DNA of 64,000 nt. Origin: Cyanidioschyzon merolae. Lineage: Eukaryota. Shown piece after piece: positions 33,045 through 44,697 of this stretch; the stretch's first letter is position 1; the number at the start of each line of letters is the position of its first letter. The stretch lies in NCBI GenBank assembly GCA_000091205.1, contig AP006496.2, one strand, 5' to 3'. The notes below the pieces were generated by a model, which searched no databases, was not told the origin of the DNA, and saw only the letters and a list, made by a program, of their open reading frames with translations. The translations under genes were made by a program, and so were the position numbers.

Positions 33045-36000
33045 ATGCAGTCAAGCGCTAGCGCCGCGGTGTGCGGTTCAGCAACCGTTGGGGATCCCAG
33101 TTCGCGGCGAATCAGTTTCATTCTTACACGAAGAGGATCCCTGGGACTTCAGGAACTCTGTACGGCGTGGGTAGGAACGGCACGCTCTATCCACGGAACG
33201 TGGATCTATCCTGACGGGAGCGGATCGAGCGTCACGGAGCGAGCCTCAGCGGACCGACGGAAAACCGGAGCGGTCAGCGAAAGTGCTGTTCACAGCAACG
33301 ACTGGTTTGAAGAAGCCACCCAGGTCACCCATACAATCGTCACTGAGCTTCTACCCGCGCGCTTTGAGATAGCACACGGCGCTCGCTTATTGTGTGCGAT
33401 AGCGACTGGCCACTGGATCCTGCGGGCATCATACCTGCGGGCATCCGCGAGTGCGGGCTGTTGGCTCGACAATGAGATCGACCATGAATGGGCAGCTTCA
33501 CTAGAGTCGCTGAGCGATGCAGAACGCAGCGTCGCGTCTGCCGCACGATGGTGGCGTGAGTCATTACAGAGCGGTCGGTGCAAACGCCTGTTGCAAGATT
33601 TGCGGGTTTATTTGCTCTGCCCAGCTGTCAACGGAGCATCTAATGAATCGCGGGGGAGGACGTGTGCCTCATGGATGGTCGCTGTTGCTTCCAATGCGCG
33701 CGCCGTTGCTGCCATTGTTCGGGCTACCGGTGCCGAGCTCTGCGGCGTCGGGTCAACCTGCACAGCGTCTGATCACTCGATCGATGTCGTTGTCGAAGTG
33801 TACAGCGAGAATGGGCAAAACAGAATTCCACCAAATACCAGTTGCCTTGAGATGCAACAAGGCCGATGGCTTAGCGCTCTGGATATTGTAGTGGGCCTCA
33901 TTGGCTGCGCTGACGAGCAGCTTCGCTTTGCTCAATTGCGAACGACTCGAAACATCCCAGGTTCGGAGAGTCATCATGCTACAAATAGTTGCAGATTCGG
34001 CTCTTCTGGCGGTGAGAATTCCACGTGCGTATCCGCGCTGGCATGGACGGAGACGGCGACTTCCACGAAGAACGAGGCGGTTCCGTCCAGTGACCCGTCG
34101 CCGTCTGCGGGTCGCCTGCGACAAAGTCCGGGTGAGCGGCAGGAATTGTCGGATGCGCCAGCGCCGGCGACCGTGCTTGCGGCTCAACGCGCTGAATGCC
34201 TCCAGCAGCGACCAAGCGGAGCGTTATCCGGCACGCTATCTCCAGATGGGAGCGTGCTCGAGTCAGCTTGCCATGATGATGATGCACTGGGAGAGGTACG
34301 GCACGGGGTCGGTGCACAGAGGCTCCCTTCAAACTCATTACTTTCGCAAGACGAGACGCATGCTGTCACTCTGAAGCATCCCGACACAACTGGCAACACC
34401 GGAATTTTTACATCATATGGCTCGACGCCCGTTGCTTCCAGCAACAACAGCAGCAGCGGCAGCTCTACCCGATCCGCTCGAATCGTGGCGACAAAATTCG
34501 CCGCGGCTCACGCTCTAGGTGAGTCAGAATCCCGAAGTAGCGGCGAGATTGCGCTGTTGCCTGCAGCAGATTCTGGGACTCTCACGGCACTCGAGGACGA
34601 GGCCCCCCTCGAGCAGCTGTCTGGCATTCGCCGGGACGGGATCACTCGGCAAGACCCAGACAACTCATGCAGCGCGTCGTTCACACGAGTCCTGGGTACG
34701 CTCAGCGAAGACAACCGCTCCTGCGCGCCGCTGAGCGACCACTCTCCGAGCGGGTCTATTGAGAACGCTTGCTGGCCACCGTACCGTCAGACTCCAGATG
34801 ATGCAGCTGCAGACGGGTCGGCAAGTCCCTTTGATGAGTTCGATCTCAAAGGCCTTTGGCAAGCGCGCGAACGAGCCACGGCTGCTTTGCCGGCGCACGG
34901 TACGCGGACGCTGTCGCCACGTAAGCGCCAACGTATTCATCAATCGATAGAAACGCACGACGGCACTTCACGCTGCACCACCAGAAGGGTTTTATTCGGC
35001 TCGATAGCGTCCCCGACGACGCCAGAGGGAGTGGCATCTCATTCAGTCGAAGCGCAGACAGCGGGAGCGTCTTCGCACCGGGCGCTTCCAGAGTCTCGAG
35101 CGCGCGTCGAAACTCGAGTGGAATCGCCCGAACGAATTCCTGTGGACAGCAAAGCGTCTCCGCGATCCTCGCTAGACTGTGATGATGTCTCCACAAGTTC
35201 CAGTCCGATGATGGCAAGTGTCTGCGGCAAGCGCATCAAGCATGAGCCATGTTCATGGCCAGAAACGCGCTCCCCTGGGACCACTCCAAAGACGGATACT
35301 CGCGTAACTGGCGCTTCCACCGCAACGAAATTGGAGACGGGTTCGATTTCCTCACCGGATGCCAAGTTCGGAACGTATGGCTCAACAGCGTGGGATGCGG
35401 TGCAACCGCTGCCCCGAACACACCTGGAGAAGAGAGTCTCGCCAGGGCCGCCACGGCGCCAAGCGCCCGCCCTGAGCCCGAAGTTCCACGTTGCAGCCTC
35501 TGATGCTCCAAGTGTCCTGAATCTTTCCCATTTGCTAGACCTGATCCAGGAATTCGAGAGCGCCGTTCAGCGTGATACGAACGAATGGCGACGTGCAGTT
35601 CTGACGCTTGGGTATTCACGAGCGACAAAAGCTCCGCTGTTTCTCCGGGTGGCGGCGCGGAACTTGCGCCGTCTTCGCTTGTTGATGGAGTCGGGTTGTG
35701 TGCGGGTGCCCATGTCGTACGGCAGACGACTGTGGTATGACAGCGGCGCTACAGACGCGCATCGACTGCAGGCAGCATCGTGGCTCTCGTTTGATGATGC
35801 AGCATGGTGCTTGCGTCGCTCGTCGCTGTTGCCGCCCAGGGATATGGGGCAATTCCGGGAGCGTCTCGTGCAGAGTGCCCGCATCCGGGCTCGCGGGCGC
35901 AGCGAGCTTCACCGCCTTGAACCTGTTCAGGCGATTGTCGGACTCGCTCGCGTTCCGCATCGACAACTATTGCGTCTGGCTCCGGATGCGCAACGACGCG

Positions 36001-39000
36001 TGCACACCCTGCGCCGCGTTGTGAGTCGCCAGTGGACTCGTGAGGCCGTTGCCTCCTGGTCAGAAGCGGCCCTCAAAGCGTGGCGAGATCGCCACGAGAA
36101 CGCAAATGCCTACTACTACCGGCATACCGATCCTGGTGAATTTGAGGGCGAGGAGACGCAGTCGCTCCACACGTGGACGCCTGCGGAACGGCGCCTATTT
36201 TTCGCTGAACTAGATCGCTGGCGTGCCAACCAATGGCGCCTAGGCACCTGCTGGGGCATTTTCAGCAAAGCGATTCCGTCACGATGCGGCTACCAGTGTT
36301 CCAATTTTTACCGGGCATGTATCCGCAGCGGCGAGATCCACGATCCAACGTACGGCTTCAATGCCCGAGGAGAGCTGAAGCGACTTTATCCGGAGCGCGA
36401 GGACCCGAACACGCGCGCTCCGCCTGACGCGCTGAATTGTCTCAGCGAGGTCTGGCAGTGGCCCGAGATCCAGTCCATGGAGCGGCAAGTCGATACGTGG
36501 ATTCGGGAACTGCATCCGAGCCTGGCTCTGAATGCAAATTGGTATCGACAGCAGCGCCCTGCAGGCGAACCGCAACGACGCAACGTGCGCGCTGCCTCTG
36601 GTGGACAGCGACAGGCGCGCAGTATTCGCCGCTCACTGCCAGCGACACACATCGACCTGCTTGGGTCGTACCCCGACGCATACATCACCACAACTGATGC
36701 AGCATACGAAGAAGCGGATGTGCGGCATCGACGCGAACGCAGACTCGCGTATCGTTCCGCCTCCGTCGCCTCGACAGGATGCTGTGTGGTCGCACCTGCA
36801 CCTGATCAGCGACGCCTTGAGTCGCGCACTGGCAGCCGCCAAACTTTGCGTTCTCGATCGCAAGCGGAAACGCCCGAACTGGCCTTTGTTGAGGTCGACG
36901 GAGGCGCGCTGATGGAAGTGATGCAAGCGCCCGCCGCAGACCCAGTGGCTGTACCGCAGCGGCGCCGTCTTCGACGTCTCGCCTCACCAGAATCCGACCT
37001 TGTTGACCAGGATGCATTTGGAGTCGATGACGCGCGCTGTCCTACTGTGGCATCTCCAGAGAGCCATAATGCAACAGCGATGCGGTATCAGCAGCGCCCG
37101 AATCGTATCGTTCTTGAGGCAGAGCATGCTGGCACCTCGCTGGGTGCACCATCAGGCCAGAGAAGCGACCGCTGCAATGCAAACCTCGACAAGGTTGCTA
37201 TTGGTGTCGTTCGCTCCATGCGCTCTATGACTGCCCGCAGGCAGCGACTAGAAAGCATTCTGGAACGGATTCGGGCAGGCAAGGCGTCCACGCGGGGACC
37301 AGCACCTGCGCCGGTGCATTCGCTGTTGCAGGCGTCCATGTCAGATGGCAAAGAAGCGTCCTTGTCGGGCAGCACTTCACCAGTGCATGAAGCTCCCGAC
37401 TGGCGCGTACAGCGCCTGCGTCACCTGGTTGGGGCAGCTGATCAGCCTCAGCGCACCGCGCTACTCCCAGCGTTGGAGGCATCTTCTGGAGCGGTCGGCG
37501 GAACATCGCAGAGGTTACCGGCACCGTTGGCGACAGCAGAGGGGCATTCTGGCCGCAAACGCCGCCAACCACAACGACTACTCATTGCTGGACAGACGGC
37601 GGCGACGACGACGACGACAGGAGCAGCAGCAGCAGCAGCAGCAGCGATGAACGCATCTGGTGCAATAGTGCCGCCGATGGAAACGGAGACCCGCTCTGCA
37701 CAGAGGTCAGCAGTCGCACAGCATTGTTACACGGAACAGATTGTACAAGAGACAGGAAACGACTTGCCGGGTGATGAAGGCGACGCTGCGCATCAGCGTA
37801 CAAGTCGATTCTGGGCGCACCAGCATCAGCAGCGTTCACCCGCGAGCATCGTACCTGCGTTCAGAGCCAGTAAGCAACAGACACGCCTCCCGGAATGGCG
37901 TCCGCAGACGCTTTCGGACCATTTGTTGCGACTTTGTCGATTGCTGGACTTGTCGTCGTCGTCGTCGTCGTCGTTATCGAATGCGTGGTGCGATAATGCG
38001 CTCGGGCTTCCACCAGCCGGGGTGCCGCTCGAACGGGCGACACTCGCGCACCCCGAGTGCTTCGACGCTGGCAGATCACACCCTCTACCGCTGATTGTCG
38101 CGGAACGTTCGACTGTGACGGCAGCAGGGACGCGCTCGCAGGCTACAGATTCGTGGAATGCTGCTGACGCTTTTATTGACGGCTTGGACGGTGTGGATGC
38201 GTCGTCGTCGTTGTTGCAGCAGGACAGCGCGCCGCCAGCAACCGCTACAGACGCAGCTGGACGCAGCCGGTATGCTGGCGATAACCCAGACTCTAGCTTC
38301 TACGCAGCCTGGAGTGGCTACTTGAATCAAATGTTGCAGAGAATCCTTCAACGGCGCTGCGGGGATGCTCCTGCAGATCCGCATGCGGAAACGAATGTGA
38401 GCGGTGCGTGGAACGCGCACGACGAGCATGCTTCTGGAACCGGTGCGTCGCAAGCGTGGAGCTGTTCGCTTTCGACACGCGACACGAGCTGCCAGTTCAC
38501 GCTCTGGCCGATGTTGCAAACGCTGTTGGAACGGCTGGCGAACGACGTGGTGCTCTTGTACACGGACGCGGACCCAGTGCTAGGACAGTGGCTGCGACAA
38601 TCGGGTTCTCGCTTCGCCGATGGTCAAGAGGGAGCGGAGCCCGCTCTCCCGCACCTCATACAGCTGGTGATGCGATTGACGGCGCTGCATGCCGACACGC
38701 AAGTCGTTGTGGCGGCGCATTCGCTGGCGACGTGTGTGCACGAGGCGCTCGACGGCACCAGTGCCTCGTCGTCGGGAATATGTTGCGCGCGAGACGCCCT
38801 GTGGATAGCCGTCGCTGTTGGTCTTGAGCGAGCATCGGCAGCGCATGTTCGTCTCCCGACGTTACCGTTGACGATTCCGCAAACGATACCGGTAACCGCT
38901 GCAAACGCGGCGGAAAGCGTGAATGAGCAAGCAAATGCCCAGCAGCAGCTACGTTCGGCACTACGTCTTTTCTGCTGGCACCTGCTTTGTAGCGAAGCGC

Positions 39001-40588
39001 TTCATTGTGCGCCCGTGTTGCTGACAAGTCCGATGTGCTGGCGCCTTGGAGCATCGGCGCTGGCCGAAAGCCTCCAAGGATGGCGGACACTGCGTCAGGA
39101 ATGCACGTCGTCGTCGTCGTCGTCGTCGTCGTCGGGGTCAGCAACGTTGACGATGCCTGCGTTGGCGGCGCTTCTCGCACGCTGGCATGAGCGGGTGCTT
39201 GCGTGCTGCACCCGACACTGGCGCCAGGTTGTGAATGCGGCATGTACGCATCATACTGGCGGCTTCTCGTTGGACACCTGTGCTCCGCTGCTGGAGCAGG
39301 CGCTTCACCTCGGCGCTGAGGCCGCGACCTGGATCGCTTTTCCGCTAGCAACCACCACGAACGCTGAAACAACACTAGGACATGCTGCTCAGCGTCGGCT
39401 TGGTCGTCATGATTGGCGTCTGCAGGCACAGGCGCTGGACGAATGGGCCACGGAGCTGATGCGACCGTTCAGTCCCGAAAGTGACGCGCTTGGCTGCACG
39501 GTGCTGCGTCCTGCTGCTGCTGCTGCTGCTGCTGCTGCCGCCGCCGCCGATTATGATGGTAATCATAACGACGGTCATGATGATCACGGTACACCCGCAT
39601 CGCTCCAAAATATCTGCAATGTTGACTCGTCAACCGCTGTAGTTGCCCTGGCGGGCGTACCCAATGCATGGCATTCGAATACGCTGGGTGCGCCGTTTTC
39701 GCAGCCGTCCACATCAGTCGACGGATTCTATGTCCAGGGCGCTGCGGCGCTGAGCGCACCTGTCACTCTTGGCGCGTTATTTGGCGTGCTACGCTCTGCT
39801 CTGGAGATGTTGGCCGTCTGGAGAACAAGCTGCTGGCAGCGTTTCATCACCAATGCATCGAGTCCGGTGGCAGCATGCAGCGTGGTGGTGGACGACGCGA
39901 ACGCCACCCATGCTGGAGCGCGCTTGCTAGCCAGCACACTCGAACGACGCTGGCTGCAGTTGCTACGCGCGTCGTTGGCACGTCTCTGGCAGGTCAGCGG
40001 GCCCGCAGACGACACAGCAGGCGATGGTGTCTGCCACTGGATCGACCGTAGCTACGGCCCATATGTGTTCTACCTGTACGGGACAGCGCTGCTGGCGCAG
40101 ATGCTCCCTGATCCAGAACGGCAGGCACTCTACAGACAGGTGCGGCATCGCTGCCCTAACTGGATACTGCCGACGCTCCTGCGTCTACACGGGGCGTTTA
40201 TGATATGGTGCTGCACTCGTGTGCGATTCCTCGAGACGTCGCAGCATGCGGCATCATCTGCAAACGAAACGGCGATGGCGTCTCCAGGCAGTGCAACGCC
40301 GCCGCTGCTGCTGCTGCTGCTGCATGGACTTGTCCATGTGCATGCGACGGAATGGGTGACGCTTTCGCAGCAATTGCTGCGCTGGCTGGAGACGGCTGGT
40401 GCGGCACCAGCCGGATTGCTTCCGTCAGCGGGTATGGCGTATGCATCGGAACGCGCGCCCCTGCCGGCAGTCTTGGCGCAACGCGTCCTTGCGCAGCGGC
40501 TCGAGACCAACCGCGTGATGCTTGGACAGATTCCAGCGCTCGATCATGTGACCGCATGGGTCGAGCGTTGCGTGGCAAGCAGCAGCAA

Positions 40589-40620
<32 letters not shown>

Positions 40621-43559
40621 ACAACACCATCCCGAGTGTCGGCAAATGTGCGATTGGCGCGTCCACTTGGACGTGCTGGGAGACGCTGTGGCAAGCGCTG
40701 CCTTGGTACTGGACATGGCTGACGCGAGTCTTGGAAAACGCTGCGCTTGGGAGCAGCGGATCGACTGCGCCCAGCACGCGGTACGCGATCACGCCTGCAC
40801 TAAGCATGGTCACCAGCGGTGTCGTTGTACGCGTCGCCCGTTTCATTCAAGTGGTACTGGCGAGTGCGCTGCTCGAGCTGACGCCCTGTGCAGAGAGCGC
40901 AGGCGCCCAGTCGGATGATGCGCGGGATCCACCGCGTGACCCAGACGCATGGATATGGGCACCAGAAATGACGGCAACGACAACGGTCGACTGGTGGGCA
41001 GCACACACCCAGCGCGCACTGCTGTTACACGCGATTGGCCCGTCGAGTGAGCGCCTCGCCGCGTTTCTCGAGCTGGTGCTTCCGCAAAACCAGTCTGGTG
41101 CTGCTGGTAACTCGACTGGTCTGCTCTGGTTTGTTCCAGCGTCACTGCAGGAGGCACACGCGCACCTCGTTGCCGATATGGTGCGTCTCTTGCATCAGGT
41201 CGAAGGCGCTGCGACGGTCCATCGTTTCTTGACGCGGCTGACGCCTCTCCTTGGAGGACGCTCTGAATACCTGGAAAGCTGGACGGGCATTCGGGCCTGT
41301 CAACGGCGTTGGTCGATCGGATTTCTCACTCGACTGGTGTTTTTGGCGAAACTGCAAGAGCCGGTACGCATACCTGGCAACGTGCACGCTCCCAGAGGCG
41401 TATCAGCGTCCGAAATCCACTGCTGCGGCAGCGACGAATGCAGCGAGACTGCTGACGCTTACGGAGCGCTGGGCGAGTCGTCGGCAAACGCTCTGTGTAG
41501 CGACCAGGAGGCAGCACTGCGACTGGCGGCCGCGTTGCAGCATCTTCTGACACAGACGCTGCTGCATGGACTGGTAGCCTCGCCGCTGCTTTGGGCCTCG
41601 GAACAGGCCGGCGCTCGTGAACGACCGGCCAGTCGCCTATGGTCGAGCATGGAGCCGCTTGTGCGCGCCCTTTGCCAGAGCGGCGATGTTGAAGACGAGG
41701 ATGCAGGAGCAGCAGCAGCAGCAGCAATGCCGTCGTGGCCGCTCTTTCTGGCGCGGTATGCAGCACGCTTCTGCAACGGGCTGGTGCGGCATCCAGCGAC
41801 AAGCGTAGCAACATCGACAACAATAGCGGCTGCAGCACCGCTGACGCATGTGCGGCACCTCTGGCTACCGTTGCTGGCGCGTTTGCGGCAGCTGGTGCCT
41901 ACAGCTTCGGCTGCGACGGTTAACAGCGAAACAAGCTGGCGCCGGCACCAGGTGTCGACGCTGCTGGCCAAGCTGGTAGACGAGCTGGAGGCGCTGCTGA
42001 CAAGTGCGCTCGCCTGGAATCATATGTGGTTGCAGGGGCGGCGTGCGGCAGTCACGGGTGATGAAACACCTGCTCTGTCGCGAGCTGCTCTGCAACTGTT
42101 CCAGTACCTCGTGGAGTTTGCTGGTATTCTTTTGGTGTTGTGTGCGCGCCTTTTGCGGGTACCAGGGCGCGCTCCGTTCTGGTCGCGAGTGATTCGTCTT
42201 GGTCGTCGAGCGCTGGAGGAGTACGCAAACATCGTTGCTGGTCAACGGCGGCAACTGCTACAGACAGAAACGTCCTATGCGCCTGGTAGGTCGCGTTCCC
42301 TGGAACACTTGCGTTGTGTCTGGATCGCTACGGTATTGCGAGGTCTCGCCCAGATGGATCTAGTGCCTAACGATAGCTACTATGCGAGTTTTCGGCGACA
42401 CTTGATTGCGGCAAGCCTCGCCCAGGATGCCCTGGATGCGCTTGTACTGGGTCTATGGCCTGGTTTGTCACCGACTTTGTTGCAGCAGCCGGTCGGCGAG
42501 AGCACGGCTGCCAGGTCCGAACGACCAGCGGTTGGTGCTTGTGTTCGCGAGTCGGATGCCGCTGCTGAGGCGACTGCGTTGCTCGCCCTGCTCGATTGGT
42601 ACTGTCGACCGGAGACGCTGTTCCCTGCAGGCACTGCTGCTCTGCAGCGACTGGAACGTTTTCAACAGGAGTGGCTAAGCGATCTGTGCAGCCGGTGCCT
42701 AGCCCAGGCGCAGTCCGAGCGTTGTGTGAACCTGTTGCAGCGCTGGCTCCAAGGTCGGCTTTTGACGTGTACCCGTCAGTCGTGCTTGTCGCATCTCAGC
42801 GGTGCTGTGTATTACGCAACGATGGCGAGAACGCTTGCCGTTGCCTGGTGGTCCGGTTGCATGCGCCACGTTGCTGTGCGTCTGAATCACGCAGGTTCAC
42901 CATCGATGACGACGACGACGACGACGACGCCAGAACAGCAACAACAACAACAACAACACAGGGCGGCGTTGCGCCCTGCAGACCGAGTGGCGACGGAAGT
43001 GATCAGCGACCAGTGCTCGGGCCGACGATTTGCACAGCGTTTTCGCAACAGCGTCGACTTGGCTGCTGCTCTAATGGAGTGGCTCGCGGCAAGCACCCGA
43101 GTGGATGCCCCCGCTCAAGCGACATGCGAGGAGACGTTGGCATTGCTGCTGGAAGCGCTAGCTGCACATGTCAGTGCCGGTTCATGTCCACATTGCGGTG
43201 ACGATCCAAGTCCGGCATCGATATCGTCTGACGAGCGCGTGCAGTTGCTACGTCGTCGACTGGCGGAACAGCGAGCACGCTCTGCCTGCGCAGCGGTACA
43301 CGCGGTATGGACGGATCATCTGGAGCGACTCGCTCGCAAGGAAGCGATGGACGCCAAGTTGTTTACCCATCCTAGTTGTTGTCGAAACTGGCTGGTGATA
43401 CAAGTCAATGACGTAGTGGAGAGAGCGGCTTGCTGGCGTCGGCGACCCGGTGATATCTGGCGGACCGCTGGACCTAGCGTCTTCGATGGAATGAAAGACG
43501 CTACGACGACGACGAGGACGCCACCGCCATGGTTGTGCTGGTCTGTACCTGAACGCTAA
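33045..43559 (+). CDS. giant low-complexity nuclear-type protein with Myb/SANT-like domain (possible N-terminal BRCT-like fold)
   Basis: Uninterrupted 10.5-kb ORF of 3504 aa. There is a SANT-like 'WTPAERRLFFAELDRWRANQWRLGTCWGIFSKAIPSRCGYQCSNFYRACI' around aa 1015. The N-terminal 'LLCAIATGHWILRASYLRASASAGCWLDNE' is BRCT-like but weak. Many homopolymer tracts (polyQ, polyA, polyS, polyT, polyD) are encoded by CAG, GCT, TCG, ACG and GAC runs. Confidence 0.6.
37604..37644 (+). repeat. (GAC)n(CAG)n trinucleotide tract inside the giant ORF
   Basis: 'gacgacgacgacgacag gagcagcagcagcagcagcagcag' encodes RRRRRQEQQQQQQQ. Similar tracts occur at about 39100-39135 (TCG)n, 39510-39550 (GCT/GCC)n and 42905-42958 (GAC)n(CAA)n. 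Confidence 0.8.
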
Positions 43560-43910
43560 CCGGATCAGAATGGATGTTGAGAACGGGAACGTTGGCTTCG
43601 ATGCTCATTTCCTGTACTTGACGGAGACTCGCGGGGTTTTTCTCGCTGTCATGGTGGCACAAGGCGACGTGTACAGCGCGTCCAAGGTGATTCTTGTAAA
43701 TAGACTGTGTGTTCTGGGATCAGTCGTGCAACGCTGCGTAGACGCCGGAACGCTAGTCCAGATTCAAGACTAGACTCGTGAAGCAGTAACGCCAAAGACG
43801 CGGGCATTGATCCTGAACTCTGAGTCCGAGCTCTTTCCCGGTTTTGTGTTACCAAAGCGAGAATAGATTAGGAGGAACTGGTGTTTGTTTGAGTAGATGT
43901 ACTGGAATTC

Positions 43911-44487
43911 TCTTCTCGCATGCAATAGATCGTGTTGCTAGATAGTTGCTCCTTATCAAAGAATGCGGGAAACGGATCCAAGTACTGAATAAAGTGTACT
44001 AGTCAAGGTGGACTTGCCAGTAACAGATCCTCTCTAACCCCAACGTGCTGACCTCTTTCTTCTCGCATGCAATAGATCGTGTTGCTAGATAGTTGCTCCT
44101 TATCAAAGAATGCTGGAAACGGATCCAAGTACTGAATAAAGTGTACTAGTCAAGGTGGACTTGCCAGTAACAGATCCTCTCTAACCCCAACGTGCTGACC
44201 TCTTTCTTCTCGCATGCAATAGATCGTGTTGCTAGATAGTTGCTCCTTATCAAAGAATGCTGGAAACGGATCCAAGTACTGAATAAAGTGTACTAGTCAA
44301 GGTGGACTTGCCAGTAACAGATCCTCTCTAACCCCAACGTGCTGACCTCTTTCTTCTCGCATGCAATAGATCGTGTTGCTAGATAGTTGCTCCTTATCAA
44401 AGAATGCTGGAAACGGATCCAAGTACTGAATAAAGTGTACTAGTCAAGGTGGACTTGCCAGTAACAGATCCTCTCTAACCCCAACGT
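43911..44487. repeat. 147-bp tandem repeat, about 3.9 copies (intergenic satellite-like array)
   Basis: The motif 'tcttctcgcatgcaatagatcgtgttgctagatagttgctccttatcaaagaatgc...' restarts at 43911, 44058, 44205 and 44352, a period of exactly 147. The copies are near-identical. The array lies between the giant ORF and the AVL9-like gene. Confidence 0.85.
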
Positions 44488-44697
44488 CGACATCGCAATA
44501 GCGCAAAAACGACCCGCCACCGACGTCGGCGCTTCTGTTGGACGCGAACTGAACGTTGACAACGCTTATTGGCCATTTGAGTTTGTTTTCGTGTCGAATA
44601 CCGGAGTGGTAAAGTGTTCAGCCGCTCTTTTGGATCTTAGAAGACTGCTGCTGCTGCTGCTGCTAGTTGAGTTCCACAACGTGCCCAAGGGCGTAGC

